Below are positions 50,250-59,973 of a DNA stretch of 64,000 nt, one piece after another (position 1 is the first letter of the stretch; each line of letters starts with the position of its first letter). Source of the DNA: Alphaproteobacteria bacterium (GTDB taxonomy: Bacteria > Pseudomonadota > Alphaproteobacteria > SP197); the NCBI GenBank assembly GCA_965228895.1, contig OZ245842.1, positions 4,000,001-4,064,000 of the forward strand, given 5' to 3'. A model generated the notes under the pieces. It had not been told where the DNA came from. It was given only the letters and a program-made list of their open reading frames with translations, and searched no databases. The position numbers were made by a program, and so were the translations under genes.

Positions 50250-52085
50250 TTAAACCGCCTTGGCGGCCGTCACGTCGTCGTCATACGCGCGATCAAACTG
50301 CAGTTCCGCCAACTTGGCATAAAGACCACCGCCGGCAACCAATTCCTGATGGCGGCCTCTCTCAACGATACGGCCATGGTCCATCACCAGAATCCGGTCG
50401 GCCTTCAAGACGGTGGCCAGGCGATGGGCAATGACCAGCGTCGTGCGTCCGGCCATTAGCCCATCCAGCGCCTGCTGCACTGCCTGTTCGCTTTCCGCAT
50501 CCAAGGCACTGGTCGCTTCGTCGAGCAGCAGGATCGGCGCGTCTTTCAAGATCGCCCGCGCGATAGCGATACGCTGGCGCTGACCACCTGACAGACGGAC
50601 ACCGCGCTCACCCAGGAAACTATCAAAGCCTTCGGGCAGGTCTTCGATGAAGTCGAGCGCGTGGGCGGCCCGGGCCGCGGCAACGATCTCGTCGTCGGTG
50701 GCACCCGGACGGCCATAGAGGATGTTATCGCGCACCGACGCGCCAAAGATGACGGGCTCCTGGGGCACCAACGCCATGCGCTCGCGCAGCGCCGACGGCT
50801 TGACGTCGCGCACGTCAAGGCCGTCGACCGTGACCGCTCCGGCGACCGGATCGTAGAACCGCAGCAGCAGTTGAAAGACGGTCGTCTTGCCCGCGCCTGA
50901 CGGGCCGACCAGGGCCACCGTTTCACCCGACGCGACGCTGAAGTCGACGCCTTCCAGCGACGGCTGATCGGGGCGCGAGGGATAGAAGAACCTGACGCCT
51001 TTCATGGCGACCAAACCGGGCGACGTCTCCGGCAAAGGCAAGGGACTGGCAGGCGGCTCGATGTCGCTGCCCGCATTGAGCAGTTCCAACAGCCGCTCTG
51101 CGGCGCCGGCGGCACGTTGCAGATCGCCATAGACCTCGCTGATCGCGCCGACCGAACCGGCGACGACGACGGCATAGAAGACGAAGGCCGACAACTCGCC
51201 GGCGCTGATGCGCCCGGCCAGCACGTCATGGCCACCCATCCACAAGACGATGCCGATGCCGCCGAAGACAAACAGGATGACGGTGCCGGTCAGAAGTGCG
51301 CGCGCACGGATGCGCCTGACGGCCGTCGTGAACGCGTCCTCGACGGTGACGGCAAAGCGCTGCCGCTCGAACGGTTCGCGCGCAAACGCCTGGACCGTAG
51401 GAATCGCGTTCAGCGTCTCGTCGACCCGCGCGCCGACATCGGCGATGCGATCCTGACTGGCGCGCGACAGCCGCCGCACCTTGCGTCCAAAGACGATGAT
51501 CGGCACCAGGACCAGCGGCACCATGAGAAAAACGATGCCGGTGAGTTTCGGACTGGTCACCGCCAGCATCACCGTGCCGCCGATGAAGAGCAGCATGTTC
51601 CTGAGCGCCATCGACAGGCTGGTGCCGATAACCTGCTGTAACAGCGTCGTATCCGTCGTCAGCCGCGACAGTACCTCGCCCGTGCGCGTGGTTTCGAAGA
51701 AGGTCGGCGACAGCGCGATAACCCGGTCGTAGACGTCGCGCCGGAGGTCCGCGACTGTCCGTTCGCCGATCCACGATACCAGGAAGAATCGGGCATAGCT
51801 TGCGCATGCCAGGATCACGACAATGCCCAGCATGGCGATCAGGGCGTTGTCGAGAAGCCCGGTGTCCTGGCTGGCAAACCCGTCATCGACCAGGCGCCTC
51901 AAGCCCACGCCCAGGCCCAAAACCGTCACCGCGGCCACCACCAGCGCCACCAATGCGCCGGCCACCTGGAGCCGATAGGGCCTCAGATAGCGCGCAAGGC
52001 GCCGTAACTGGCCAAAATCCCTGCTTTTGGCACGTTCATCGGTGCCTGACGGCAGCTTTCCCGGCTGGCTGGAGAATCTGGACAC
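50250..52085 (-). CDS. ABC exporter, fused permease/ATPase (MsbA/ABCB-like)
   Basis: 6-TM domain, GPSGAGKT, LSGGQRQR, LLDEATSALD, IAHRL. Confidence 0.93.
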   Translation of the reverse strand: MSRFSSQPGKLPSGTDERAKSRDFGQLRRLARYLRPYRLQVAGALVALVVAAVTVLGLGVGLRRLVDDGFASQDTGLLDNALIAMLGIVVILACASYARFFLVSWIGERTVADLRRDVYDRVIALSPTFFETTRTGEVLSRLTTDTTLLQQVIGTSLSMALRNMLLFIGGTVMLAVTSPKLTGIVFLMVPLVLVPIIVFGRKVRRLSRASQDRIADVGARVDETLNAIPTVQAFAREPFERQRFAVTVEDAFTTAVRRIRARALLTGTVILFVFGGIGIVLWMGGHDVLAGRISAGELSAFVFYAVVVAGSVGAISEVYGDLQRAAGAAERLLELLNAGSDIEPPASPLPLPETSPGLVAMKGVRFFYPSRPDQPSLEGVDFSVASGETVALVGPSGAGKTTVFQLLLRFYDPVAGAVTVDGLDVRDVKPSALRERMALVPQEPVIFGASVRDNILYGRPGATDDEIVAAARAAHALDFIEDLPEGFDSFLGERGVRLSGGQRQRIAIARAILKDAPILLLDEATSALDAESEQAVQQALDGLMAGRTTLVIAHRLATVLKADRILVMDHGRIVERGRHQELVAGGGLYAKLAELQFDRAYDDDVTAAKAV

Positions 52086-52149
52086 GCGCGACCTATAGCA
52101 ACGGCCAAGCCCGGCAACAAGCGGCCAGAAAACCGGGCGTCACGCAGGC

Positions 52150-52178
52150 TTGCGCCCAGCCGCCGGGTCGCTTATAAG
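52150..52178 (+). promoter_or_regulatory. Candidate sigma70 promoter for rpmE
   Basis: TTGCGC-17nt-TATAAG. Confidence 0.5.
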
Positions 52179-52204
52179 GCGCGCCCTGACCCGGAGAAGG
52201 CACG

Positions 52205-52429
52205 ATGAAGAGCGATATTCACCCTGAGTACCACGAGATCAAGGTTGTCATGACCGACGGCACCGAGTTCACGACCCGGTCGACGTGGGGCAAGGAAGGC
52301 GACACGATGACGCTCGACATCGACCCGAAGTCCCATCCAGCCTGGACCGGCGGCGGACATCGCCTGGTCGACACCGGCGGTCAGGTCGCCCGCTTCAACA
52401 AGCGTTTCGGTAACCTGAAACTGGGCTGA
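52205..52429 (+). CDS. rpmE: 50S ribosomal protein L31 (Cys-free)
   Basis: [10 protein letters not shown]...[13 protein letters not shown]...[11 protein letters not shown]. Confidence 0.97.
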   Translation: MKSDIHPEYHEIKVVMTDGTEFTTRSTWGKEGDTMTLDIDPKSHPAWTGGGHRLVDTGGQVARFNKRFGNLKLG

Positions 52430-52493
52430 AACTCGGCCGAGCCGGGACCTCAGTTTTCTTCGCGGACGGCAGCTCAGGCTGCCGTTTGTCGTT

Positions 52494-53525
52494 TCAGCCC
52501 TCGAATCCCTTGAGGAAGGCGACGAGATTGGCGCCGAGTTCGTCGCACACATAGCCGCCCTCCTGGACCAGCAGGCTGGGCAGCTCGCGGGCATGAGCAA
52601 ACGCGCCGATCGTCTCGCCGACCCTGAGGAAACCGTCGGTCGTCACCTTGAAGACGCCAAGCGGGTCATTCTCCTGGGCGTCGAAACCGGCGGAAACAAG
52701 AAGCACGTTGGGATCGAACCGGCCGATTGCCTCCAGAAGACCCTCGATGCCGGCGACAAAGGCATCGTCACCGGTGCCGGGCTGCATGGGTAGATTGAGA
52801 TTGTAACCGACACCAGCGCCGGCGCCGCGCTCGTGGGCATAGCCGGCGAACCACGGGTAGTAGTTGATGGGATCGGCGTGGATCGAGGCGAAGAAGACGT
52901 CGTCGCGCTCATAGAAGATGCCCTGGGTGCCATTGCCGTGGTGGACATCGAAATCCAGGATCGCGGCGCGGCCGAAACGCGGCAACAGGTGTTCGGCGGC
53001 AATCGCCACGTTGTTGAGGAAACAGAAGCCACCGGCCATGTCGCGGAAGGCGTGATGGCCGGGCGGCCGGCACAAGGCGAACGCCGCCATCGCACCGTGC
53101 AGAAGCCGGTCGGCGGCGCTCAGCGCGACATCGGAAGCCGACTCGGCGGCGTTCCACGTGCCGGCACCCAGCGGGCATGCGCCATCGGCCATGTGGTAAC
53201 CGGCCTGGCCGACCACGCCGTCCGGACGCGCGCTCATGTGGCGTCCGGGATAGGCGTTGGCGATGATCTCCGGCCCGGCGCCGGGCAGCGCACACCACCG
53301 TTCGTGGCCGTGCATCAGAAAGTCCAGATATTCAGGCGTGTGCACCCGGGCAATCGGCGCCAGACCGTGAGCTTCGGGCTCGATTAACGGGAAACCCGCC
53401 GCCGCGACCGCGTCGCGCAGGATCCTGCCCCGCTCGGGCACCTCCTGCGCGGCCGCAATCTGGCCGCGCACGACAAAACTTTGGGGATCGTGTTCGCGGT
53501 GGCGATCGCTGAAAACAACATCCAT
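52494..53525 (-). CDS. Histone deacetylase family amidohydrolase (acetylpolyamine amidohydrolase-like)
   Basis: RPPGHH, GFCFLNN, DFDVHHGNGTQ, SAGFD, QEGGY. Confidence 0.93.
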   Translation of the reverse strand: MDVVFSDRHREHDPQSFVVRGQIAAAQEVPERGRILRDAVAAAGFPLIEPEAHGLAPIARVHTPEYLDFLMHGHERWCALPGAGPEIIANAYPGRHMSARPDGVVGQAGYHMADGACPLGAGTWNAAESASDVALSAADRLLHGAMAAFALCRPPGHHAFRDMAGGFCFLNNVAIAAEHLLPRFGRAAILDFDVHHGNGTQGIFYERDDVFFASIHADPINYYPWFAGYAHERGAGAGVGYNLNLPMQPGTGDDAFVAGIEGLLEAIGRFDPNVLLVSAGFDAQENDPLGVFKVTTDGFLRVGETIGAFAHARELPSLLVQEGGYVCDELGANLVAFLKGFEG

Positions 53526-53578
53526 GACCGATGTTCCCGGTTGGGTGGCGCAACCCTAACGATGCCAACGTGATACCG

Positions 53579-55051
53579 CTATATCTGTCTCAACATCAGG
53601 CCCAGAAGCGCGAGCAACATGAGCGCACAGGCGAACGGCAGGGCGTGCCAGAGGAGGCGCTGGCCAGGCTCCTGGCTGGTCGAGGGAATGAAGGAGACGA
53701 TCACCAGGGCCAGCCACGCCAGGGCTGTGCCGATCCAGACCGTTGGATCCCTGACGCCGCTGGCCAGAAACACGATCGCCATCGCGGCCATCAGGTCGGC
53801 CAGCCAGATCTGATCGCCCCAGCGGCGCACGCTCGTGTTCGAGGCCCGGCGGGTTCCGACGACCGCCACGCTTGCACCGGCCGCCGCCATGCCGCCCAAG
53901 ACAATGCCTCGCGACAAGAACTGGTCGTCGGCGATACCGGGGACCGCGGCCATGCCCGCACCATAGAGCGCCGGCCCCGCCAGTCCGCCGAGCAGGGGCA
54001 CGGCCCATCCCGGCAAACGCGGCGCGCCGAACGGCCAGGCCGCGATCAGCGCCAGCAAGGCGAGCGCGCCGGCGGCAACCAGAAAGCCGATGCCGATCGG
54101 AAAGGCGACAAGGCCGGCCAGAACGAGGAGCGCCAGACACTCCATGCTGCCAACGGCCTCCGCACGCCGCCGATGGCGTTGCGCGACCAGCGCGGCGGCG
54201 GTCGCCACAAGCCACAGCGCGATCAGCCCCAGGACCGGCGCATAGAGCACCGGGGGATGCAACGTTCCGAAGCCATAGCCCATGTCGACGGTGGTCACCA
54301 TGAAACCCCAGGCGACAGCCAGCATGGCAAAGGCACCGGCTGGCCACCCGAAGAACCGCGCGGCGGCATCGTGGGGGAACGTCGGATCCCGACGCCCCGC
54401 CACAATCAAGGCGACGAGAGCCAAGAGAAACAACGGCGCCACGCCGTAGCTCGCGCGTTGCGGCGGGTTCAGGCCGGGCAACAGCGCGCCACGCACAGCC
54501 AGCCCCAGACTGTCGGCAAGCCAGGCGTGGATCTCGGGCCATGCCGCATCGATGGCAATGATAGCGGCAGCAGCTAGACCATAGAGGACCATTCGCGCCG
54601 CCGAGACCCGCGCACACCACACCGCAGCGAAGCCGCCCGCCAGCGCCACAGCGGCACAAACGACCACGGTTAGTATGACCGGTGTCGTGACGGCGAAATC
54701 GTATGAAAGCGGTGCCAGCCAGATTCCGACGAGCGACAGGGCCGCGATCACCGCGGCATCGGTCATGCCCAAGCCAAGCAGGCGGGAAGCCGCGACGGTC
54801 AACGCGAGGCCGGCCGGCACCCATCGAAAGGCCGAACTCCAGACCGCGAGCGACTGCCGCCACAGATCCTTGTAGCCATCACCCAGATCGCCGGCGACGA
54901 GCCACAGATCCAGGACGATTCTGATGCCGATGACAGCGGCCATCATCATGACCGGCTCGGCAAAGCCCTGGGCATGCAACAGTTGCGGTCCGCGCCACGG
55001 ATTTGGCTGCGGCGGCTTCGTGCGTGTGTTTGCGATCAGCGCTTGGCTCAC
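53579..55051 (-). CDS. Hypothetical polytopic membrane protein
   Basis: 490-aa ORF with many hydrophobic segments; fills the gap between neighbours; no motif recognised. Confidence 0.6.
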   Translation of the reverse strand: MSQALIANTRTKPPQPNPWRGPQLLHAQGFAEPVMMMAAVIGIRIVLDLWLVAGDLGDGYKDLWRQSLAVWSSAFRWVPAGLALTVAASRLLGLGMTDAAVIAALSLVGIWLAPLSYDFAVTTPVILTVVVCAAVALAGGFAAVWCARVSAARMVLYGLAAAAIIAIDAAWPEIHAWLADSLGLAVRGALLPGLNPPQRASYGVAPLFLLALVALIVAGRRDPTFPHDAAARFFGWPAGAFAMLAVAWGFMVTTVDMGYGFGTLHPPVLYAPVLGLIALWLVATAAALVAQRHRRRAEAVGSMECLALLVLAGLVAFPIGIGFLVAAGALALLALIAAWPFGAPRLPGWAVPLLGGLAGPALYGAGMAAVPGIADDQFLSRGIVLGGMAAAGASVAVVGTRRASNTSVRRWGDQIWLADLMAAMAIVFLASGVRDPTVWIGTALAWLALVIVSFIPSTSQEPGQRLLWHALPFACALMLLALLGLMLRQI

Positions 55052-55198
55052 AAAGCCACCGTATCTGTTCGCCCATAACGCGTTGCTTGACCCACGAAGC
55101 CCCCCTTGCCGTTTCGAATCATTCGCCGGGAACCGCAGATTCTAGGTGAACCGTGCCCTGCAGCGGCTAGGATAGTTATAGCCAATCTGGGAGGAACT

Positions 55199-56083
55199 AT
55201 GTCACGTCCGGTTGTTATCACCTGTGCGGTTACCGGCGGCGGCGATACCGTCGGCAAGCACCCCGACATTCCCGTCACGCCCGAGCAAATCGCGACCGCG
55301 GTGATCGATTCGTGCAAGGCGGGCGCGGCGGTCTGCCACATTCACGTGCGCGATCCCGAAACCGGCAAGCCGTCCATGCGCAAGGACCTCTATGCCGAGG
55401 TCGTCCAGCGGGTGCGCGACAGCGGCAGCCCGGTCGTTATCAACCTGACCACCGGCCCCGGCGGCCGTTTTTTGCCCGATGCCGAGGAACCCGCCAAAAA
55501 CGTCGATCCGCGAGGTTTCCGCGCGCCGGAAGAACGGGTCGAGCACGTCGAGGAGCTGAAGCCGGAGGTGTGCAGCCTGGACGTCGCCACCATGAATTTC
55601 GGCGAGAGCGCTTTCGTTAACGTGCCCCAGCACCTGCGCATCATGGCCGAGCGCATCCGCGCAGCCGGCGCCAAGCCGGAGCTTGAGGTCTTCGACGCCG
55701 GTCACGTGCAGCTCGCCCGCCAACTGGTCGACGAAGGCCTGATTGAGGCCCCGCCCATGTTCCAGCTTTGCCTGGGCATTCCCTGGGGCGCACCGGCGAC
55801 ACCGGAAGCGATGCAAGTGATGCGCGCGGCATTGCCGGAGGGTGCCCATTGGGCCGCTTTCGGCATATCGCGCACCCAGATGCCGATGGTCGCCGAGGCG
55901 GTCAACCTGGGCGGCCATGTGCGGGTCGGGTTGGAGGACAACCTCTATCTGGAGCGCGGCGTCCTGGCCTCCAATCCACAGCTCGTCGAAAAGGCGGCGT
56001 CGATCGTCAGCGCGCTGGGCGCCAAGGTCGCGGAGCCCGACGAGGCGCGTCAGGTTCTGAAACTCAACGGCCACGCCGCATGA
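55199..56083 (+). CDS. Beta-keto acid cleavage enzyme (BKACE/DUF849, Kce family)
   Basis: ITCAVTG, CHIHVRD, KPELEVFD, GHVRVGLEDN; GGAGG RBS. Confidence 0.93.
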   Translation: MSRPVVITCAVTGGGDTVGKHPDIPVTPEQIATAVIDSCKAGAAVCHIHVRDPETGKPSMRKDLYAEVVQRVRDSGSPVVINLTTGPGGRFLPDAEEPAKNVDPRGFRAPEERVEHVEELKPEVCSLDVATMNFGESAFVNVPQHLRIMAERIRAAGAKPELEVFDAGHVQLARQLVDEGLIEAPPMFQLCLGIPWGAPATPEAMQVMRAALPEGAHWAAFGISRTQMPMVAEAVNLGGHVRVGLEDNLYLERGVLASNPQLVEKAASIVSALGAKVAEPDEARQVLKLNGHAA

Positions 56084-56841
56084 TCAAGGCGGATCTGGCG
56101 GGCAAACGTACGCTCGTCACCGGCGCGGCATCGGGTATCGGCCTTGCCACGGCCGAACGCTTCGCCCAATGCGGCGCCAAGGTCGCCTTGAACGATTTGC
56201 CCGGCAACCCGGTGCTTGACCGCGAGGTCGAGCGGCTGAGGAGCGCCGGCTACGACGTGCTGACGGCGCCGGGATTTGTTGGAGAAACCGCCGCCAGCGA
56301 GACCATGGTGCGCGAGGCGATCGCCGCTCTGGGCGGTCTCGACCACCTGATCAACAACGCGGGTACGCCGGCGACCAAACAGCCGATCCCGCCGGACGAT
56401 CTCGATGCGCTGGACGATCCGCTGTGGGAAAAGCTCCTGACCGTCAATCTGTTGGGACCGTTCCGCTGCGCCCGCGCGGCCGCGCCGGCGCTGAAGGAAA
56501 GCCGCGGCGCCATCGTCAACACGGCGTCGGTCGCCGGCATCATCGGGGCCGGCAGCAGCACGGCCTATGCGGCGACCAAGGCCGGCCTGATCAACCTGAC
56601 CAAGGCGCTGGCGCGTGGCCTGGCGCCGGAGGTCAGGGTCAACGCCGTGGCGCCGGGCATGTTGGATTCGAACTGGGAATGCGAATGGGACCCCGGCGAA
56701 AGGGCCGAGAAGCAGGCCCAGATCCCGCTGCAGCGAATCGGCGAACCCGCCGACTTCGCCGGCGCCATGCTCTACCTGGCCGCCGACGCTGCCTACGTCA
56801 CCGGCCACACCCTGGTCGTCGACGGCGGCTACACGATCTAG
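56080..56841 (+). CDS. Short-chain dehydrogenase/reductase coupled to BKACE
   Basis: TGAASGIG, NNAG, YAATK, VNAVAPG; ATGA overlap with BKACE. Confidence 0.9.
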   Translation: MIKADLAGKRTLVTGAASGIGLATAERFAQCGAKVALNDLPGNPVLDREVERLRSAGYDVLTAPGFVGETAASETMVREAIAALGGLDHLINNAGTPATKQPIPPDDLDALDDPLWEKLLTVNLLGPFRCARAAAPALKESRGAIVNTASVAGIIGAGSSTAYAATKAGLINLTKALARGLAPEVRVNAVAPGMLDSNWECEWDPGERAEKQAQIPLQRIGEPADFAGAMLYLAADAAYVTGHTLVVDGGYTI

Positions 56842-56857
56842 CGCCGGCCCTTAAGGA

Positions 56858-57015
56858 CCCTCACCCTCCCCGCGCTGCCCCGCCGGGCCCCTCCCTCTCC
56901 CGCAAACGGGAGAGGGGTTCCATCTTCAGAAAATCTATCCCTCGCCCCATGATAATGGGGGAGAGGGTTGTGCAGGCTTAGGCGCGTGAGCGCCTTAACC
57001 GGAGCTGGGTGAGGG
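56858..57015. repeat. Composite palindromic REP/RIME-like element between convergent genes
   Basis: Terminal CCCTCACCC/GGGTGAGGG; inner hairpins CCCTCTCCCG-CAAA-CGGGAGAGGG (56893-56916) and CCCTCGCCCCAT...ATGGGGGAGAGGG. Confidence 0.8.
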
Positions 57016-57035
57016 GGAAGGCGAGCGGTGAACCG

Positions 57036-57998
57036 TCAGAGGTCCAGCTTCAGGGTCGGGCTCTTGGCGCGGCTGCAGCAGACCATGATGAACTCGCCGC
57101 GGGCCTTTTCTTCGTCATCGAGCACGAAGTCGCGGTGGTCGGGATCACCTTCCAAAAGGACCGTGGCACAGGTACCGCAGATACCTTCTTCGCACATGGT
57201 TTCGACCTCGATGCCGTTCGCGCGCAGCACGTCGACGATCGATTTGTCCGCCGGCACGTCCAGTTCCTCACCGGTCGAGGCGATGATGACCTTGAACGCG
57301 GTGTCGTCACCGAACTCGACGTCGGGATCGACGTTGAAGAACTCACGGTGGACGGTACCGGTCGGCCAATGCTCGGTCGCCTGTTCGCAGGCATGCATGA
57401 AGCCTGTGGGCCCGCAGTAATAGACGTTGGCGCCCTGGCGCACGTCTTTCAGCAGGCCGGCGATATCGAGACCGTCCGCCGGGTTGCCGCCGTCGTGGTG
57501 AACCGTGACCGACGCCTTCAGTTCGTCACTGGCGATGGCGTCCTTGAACGCCGTCTTCTCCGGCGATCGCGTGCAGTAGTGGAGCTCGAAGGACAGGCCG
57601 CGCCCGGCAAGGTCGCGCGCCATGGCCAGAAGCGGCGTCACGCCGATGCCGCCGGCCAGCAGAATGTGGTGGGTGGCGTTCTCGTGGATCGGGAAGTTGT
57701 TGCGCGGTGCGGTGATGGTCAGCGTGTCGCCTTCCTTGACATCATCATGCATGCTGGCGGAGCCGCCACGGCCCTCGACCTCACGCAGCACGGCAACGAC
57801 ATAACGGTCGACATCGCGCGGATCGTTCGAGATGGAGTACTGGCGCATCAGCCCGTTGGGCAGCTCGACATCGACATGCGAGCCCGCCGTGAACATGGGC
57901 AACAGACGGCCGTCCGGATCGACCAGCTCAAACGAGCGGATGTCCTCGGCCTCCTGGTTAATCTTGTCGACCTTGACGGTCAGGGTGGTGCCACTCAT
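57036..57998 (-). CDS. PDR/VanB family oxygenase reductase (FMN, NAD(P)H, 2Fe-2S)
   Basis: RQYSI, GRGGS, AGGIGVTP, YCGP, CEEGICGTC, CCSRA. Confidence 0.93.
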   Translation of the reverse strand: MSGTTLTVKVDKINQEAEDIRSFELVDPDGRLLPMFTAGSHVDVELPNGLMRQYSISNDPRDVDRYVVAVLREVEGRGGSASMHDDVKEGDTLTITAPRNNFPIHENATHHILLAGGIGVTPLLAMARDLAGRGLSFELHYCTRSPEKTAFKDAIASDELKASVTVHHDGGNPADGLDIAGLLKDVRQGANVYYCGPTGFMHACEQATEHWPTGTVHREFFNVDPDVEFGDDTAFKVIIASTGEELDVPADKSIVDVLRANGIEVETMCEEGICGTCATVLLEGDPDHRDFVLDDEEKARGEFIMVCCSRAKSPTLKLDL

Positions 57999-58144
57999 CG
58001 AAAACTCCTGGTTTCGGGCCTGCTCTAGCACAAGGTCCGGTGACCGCGCCATGGGCGAATTGAGGGCTAGGCGCCGTGTCCGTGATATAGGTCGGGCAGC
58101 CAAGCGGTACGACCCCCAACCAACACGGCACACGCCCTAACCCC

Positions 58145-59404
58145 ATGACGACTAAGGATATTGCCACGTTGCGCATCGACAACCTCGGGACCCGTGGCGA
58201 CGGGCTGGCGCCGTGGCGCGGCACGACAGCCTATGTCGATGGCGCCCTGCCCGGCGAGACGGTCGAGGCGCGCATCACCGGCCGCCGCGGCGATGGCTAT
58301 GCCGCCGTAACCAGCAAAATCCTGGAGCCATCGCCCGAGCGCCGTCAGCCGCCCTGTCGCCATGCTGCGACCTGCGGCGGTTGCGCGTTGCAGCATGCCG
58401 ACGACGGCCTCTACCGACGCTGGAAAGGCAGCCTGCTGACCGAAGCGCTGAGGCGGCGTGGCCTGGATGTCGAGGCGGTTGAAGACCTGGCGGTCGCGCC
58501 GCCGGCGTCCCGGCGCCGTGCGCGTCTGGGGATCAAACAGACCGCCGAGCGAACCATCGTCGGCTTTCGCGCGCGGCAAAGTCACCGCCTTGTTCCGATC
58601 GACGGATGCCTGGTTCTGACCCCGGCGCTGATGCAAGCGATTTCAGGCCTGACGCCGTTGCTTGGGGATCTGGATGCCCGGGAAATCGAGCTGACCGAAA
58701 GCATCACCGGCATTGACGTGGTCATGCATGGCGGCGCCCTGCCCGGACTTGCCGGCTTGGAAAGAATCAGCGCCGCTGCCCATGATGGCGACCTCGCCCG
58801 GATCGTGTGGCGCGACCGCAGTACGCTGACGTCGATCGTCAGCCGGCGCGATCCGGTTCTGGTGTTTGGCAAAACCCAGGTCGCCCTGCCGCCGGGCGCT
58901 TTCGTGCAGCCCACCGCATGGGGTGAGGACCGGTTGGCGGGCCACGTCGCAGCCTGTCTGGCAGGCGCCGGCCACGTCGCCGATCTCTATGCCGGCCTCG
59001 GCACCTTTGGCCTGAGGCTGGCTACCGATCACCGTGTCACGGCGTTTGAGAGTGTGGCCGCCATGGTGGATGCCATGAGCCGGTCGTCTGATCGGTCGGG
59101 CCTTGCCGGCCGTTTTGCGGCAGAGCACCGTGATCTCGCCCGTGCGCCGCTATCGGCCGGCGAGCTCGACCCGTTCGATGCCGTCGTCTTCGATCCACCG
59201 CGCCAGGGCGCCCGTGAGCAATCCGAACAACTTGCCGCCAGCCGGGTGCCTTGCGTCATCGCCGTGTCCTGCCATCCCGGCAGCTTCAGCCGCGACGCGC
59301 GTATTCTCGTTGACGGCGGGTACCGGCTCGACACAATCTGGCCAGTGGACCAGTTCCTCTGGTCCCATCATTTAGAATTGGTTGCCGTGTTCCGGCGCGA
59401 CTGA
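58145..59404 (+). CDS. rlmD: TrmA/RlmD family RNA (uracil-5)-methyltransferase
   Basis: TRAM N-terminus, CRHAATCGGCALQH Fe-S motif, DLYAGLG, DPPRQG, VSCHP, DQF. Confidence 0.85.
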   Translation: MTTKDIATLRIDNLGTRGDGLAPWRGTTAYVDGALPGETVEARITGRRGDGYAAVTSKILEPSPERRQPPCRHAATCGGCALQHADDGLYRRWKGSLLTEALRRRGLDVEAVEDLAVAPPASRRRARLGIKQTAERTIVGFRARQSHRLVPIDGCLVLTPALMQAISGLTPLLGDLDAREIELTESITGIDVVMHGGALPGLAGLERISAAAHDGDLARIVWRDRSTLTSIVSRRDPVLVFGKTQVALPPGAFVQPTAWGEDRLAGHVAACLAGAGHVADLYAGLGTFGLRLATDHRVTAFESVAAMVDAMSRSSDRSGLAGRFAAEHRDLARAPLSAGELDPFDAVVFDPPRQGAREQSEQLAASRVPCVIAVSCHPGSFSRDARILVDGGYRLDTIWPVDQFLWSHHLELVAVFRRD

Positions 59405-59478
59405 TCGGGGGCGCCGGCCACGCATCAAGTCGATGGTCGGGGCTAGCGGAGTCGGATTCTGGAGGGAGAAGAACGAAC

Positions 59479-59946
59479 GTGGCTGCGCCGATTACAAAAG
59501 AGGGTTTTGAGCGTCTTCAGGTCGAGCTGAAGCGGCTGAAGCATGACGAGCGGCCTGCGATCGCGCGCGCCCTTGAGGAAGCGATCGGTCATGGCGACCT
59601 GAAGGAGAACGCGGAGTATCATGCCGCCAAGGACAAGCAGGGCATGATCGAGGCCCGCATTCGCCAGGTCGAGGCCATCCTGGGTGACAGTCAGGTGGTC
59701 GATCCCAAAGCACAAGCGGGTGACACAATTGCGTTTGGTGCCCGTGTTACAGTGATCGACCTGGAGACCGATAAGGAGTCGACCTACCAGATTGTTGGCG
59801 AACACGAGTCCGATCTGGATCAAGGCCGAATCTCGATCAAGAGCCCGCTGGCGCGGGCGCTGATGGGCAAGGCAGTCGGGGATGACGTGGAATTCGAAAC
59901 ACCGAAGGGCGCGAGGGAGCTGGAAATCGCCGGCATCTCTTATTAG
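59479..59946 (+). CDS. greA: Transcription elongation factor GreA
   Basis: HGDLKENAEYHAAK, ISIKSPLARALMGK. Confidence 0.95.
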   Translation: MAAPITKEGFERLQVELKRLKHDERPAIARALEEAIGHGDLKENAEYHAAKDKQGMIEARIRQVEAILGDSQVVDPKAQAGDTIAFGARVTVIDLETDKESTYQIVGEHESDLDQGRISIKSPLARALMGKAVGDDVEFETPKGARELEIAGISY

Positions 59947-59973
59947 CCCCGCCGCCAACCAGGGAACGGCGCA

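Noticed and set aside
52205-52429. Zur-regulated alternative L31
   Set aside because: Cys-free L31 is usual in alphaproteobacteria and no Zur box is visible upstream
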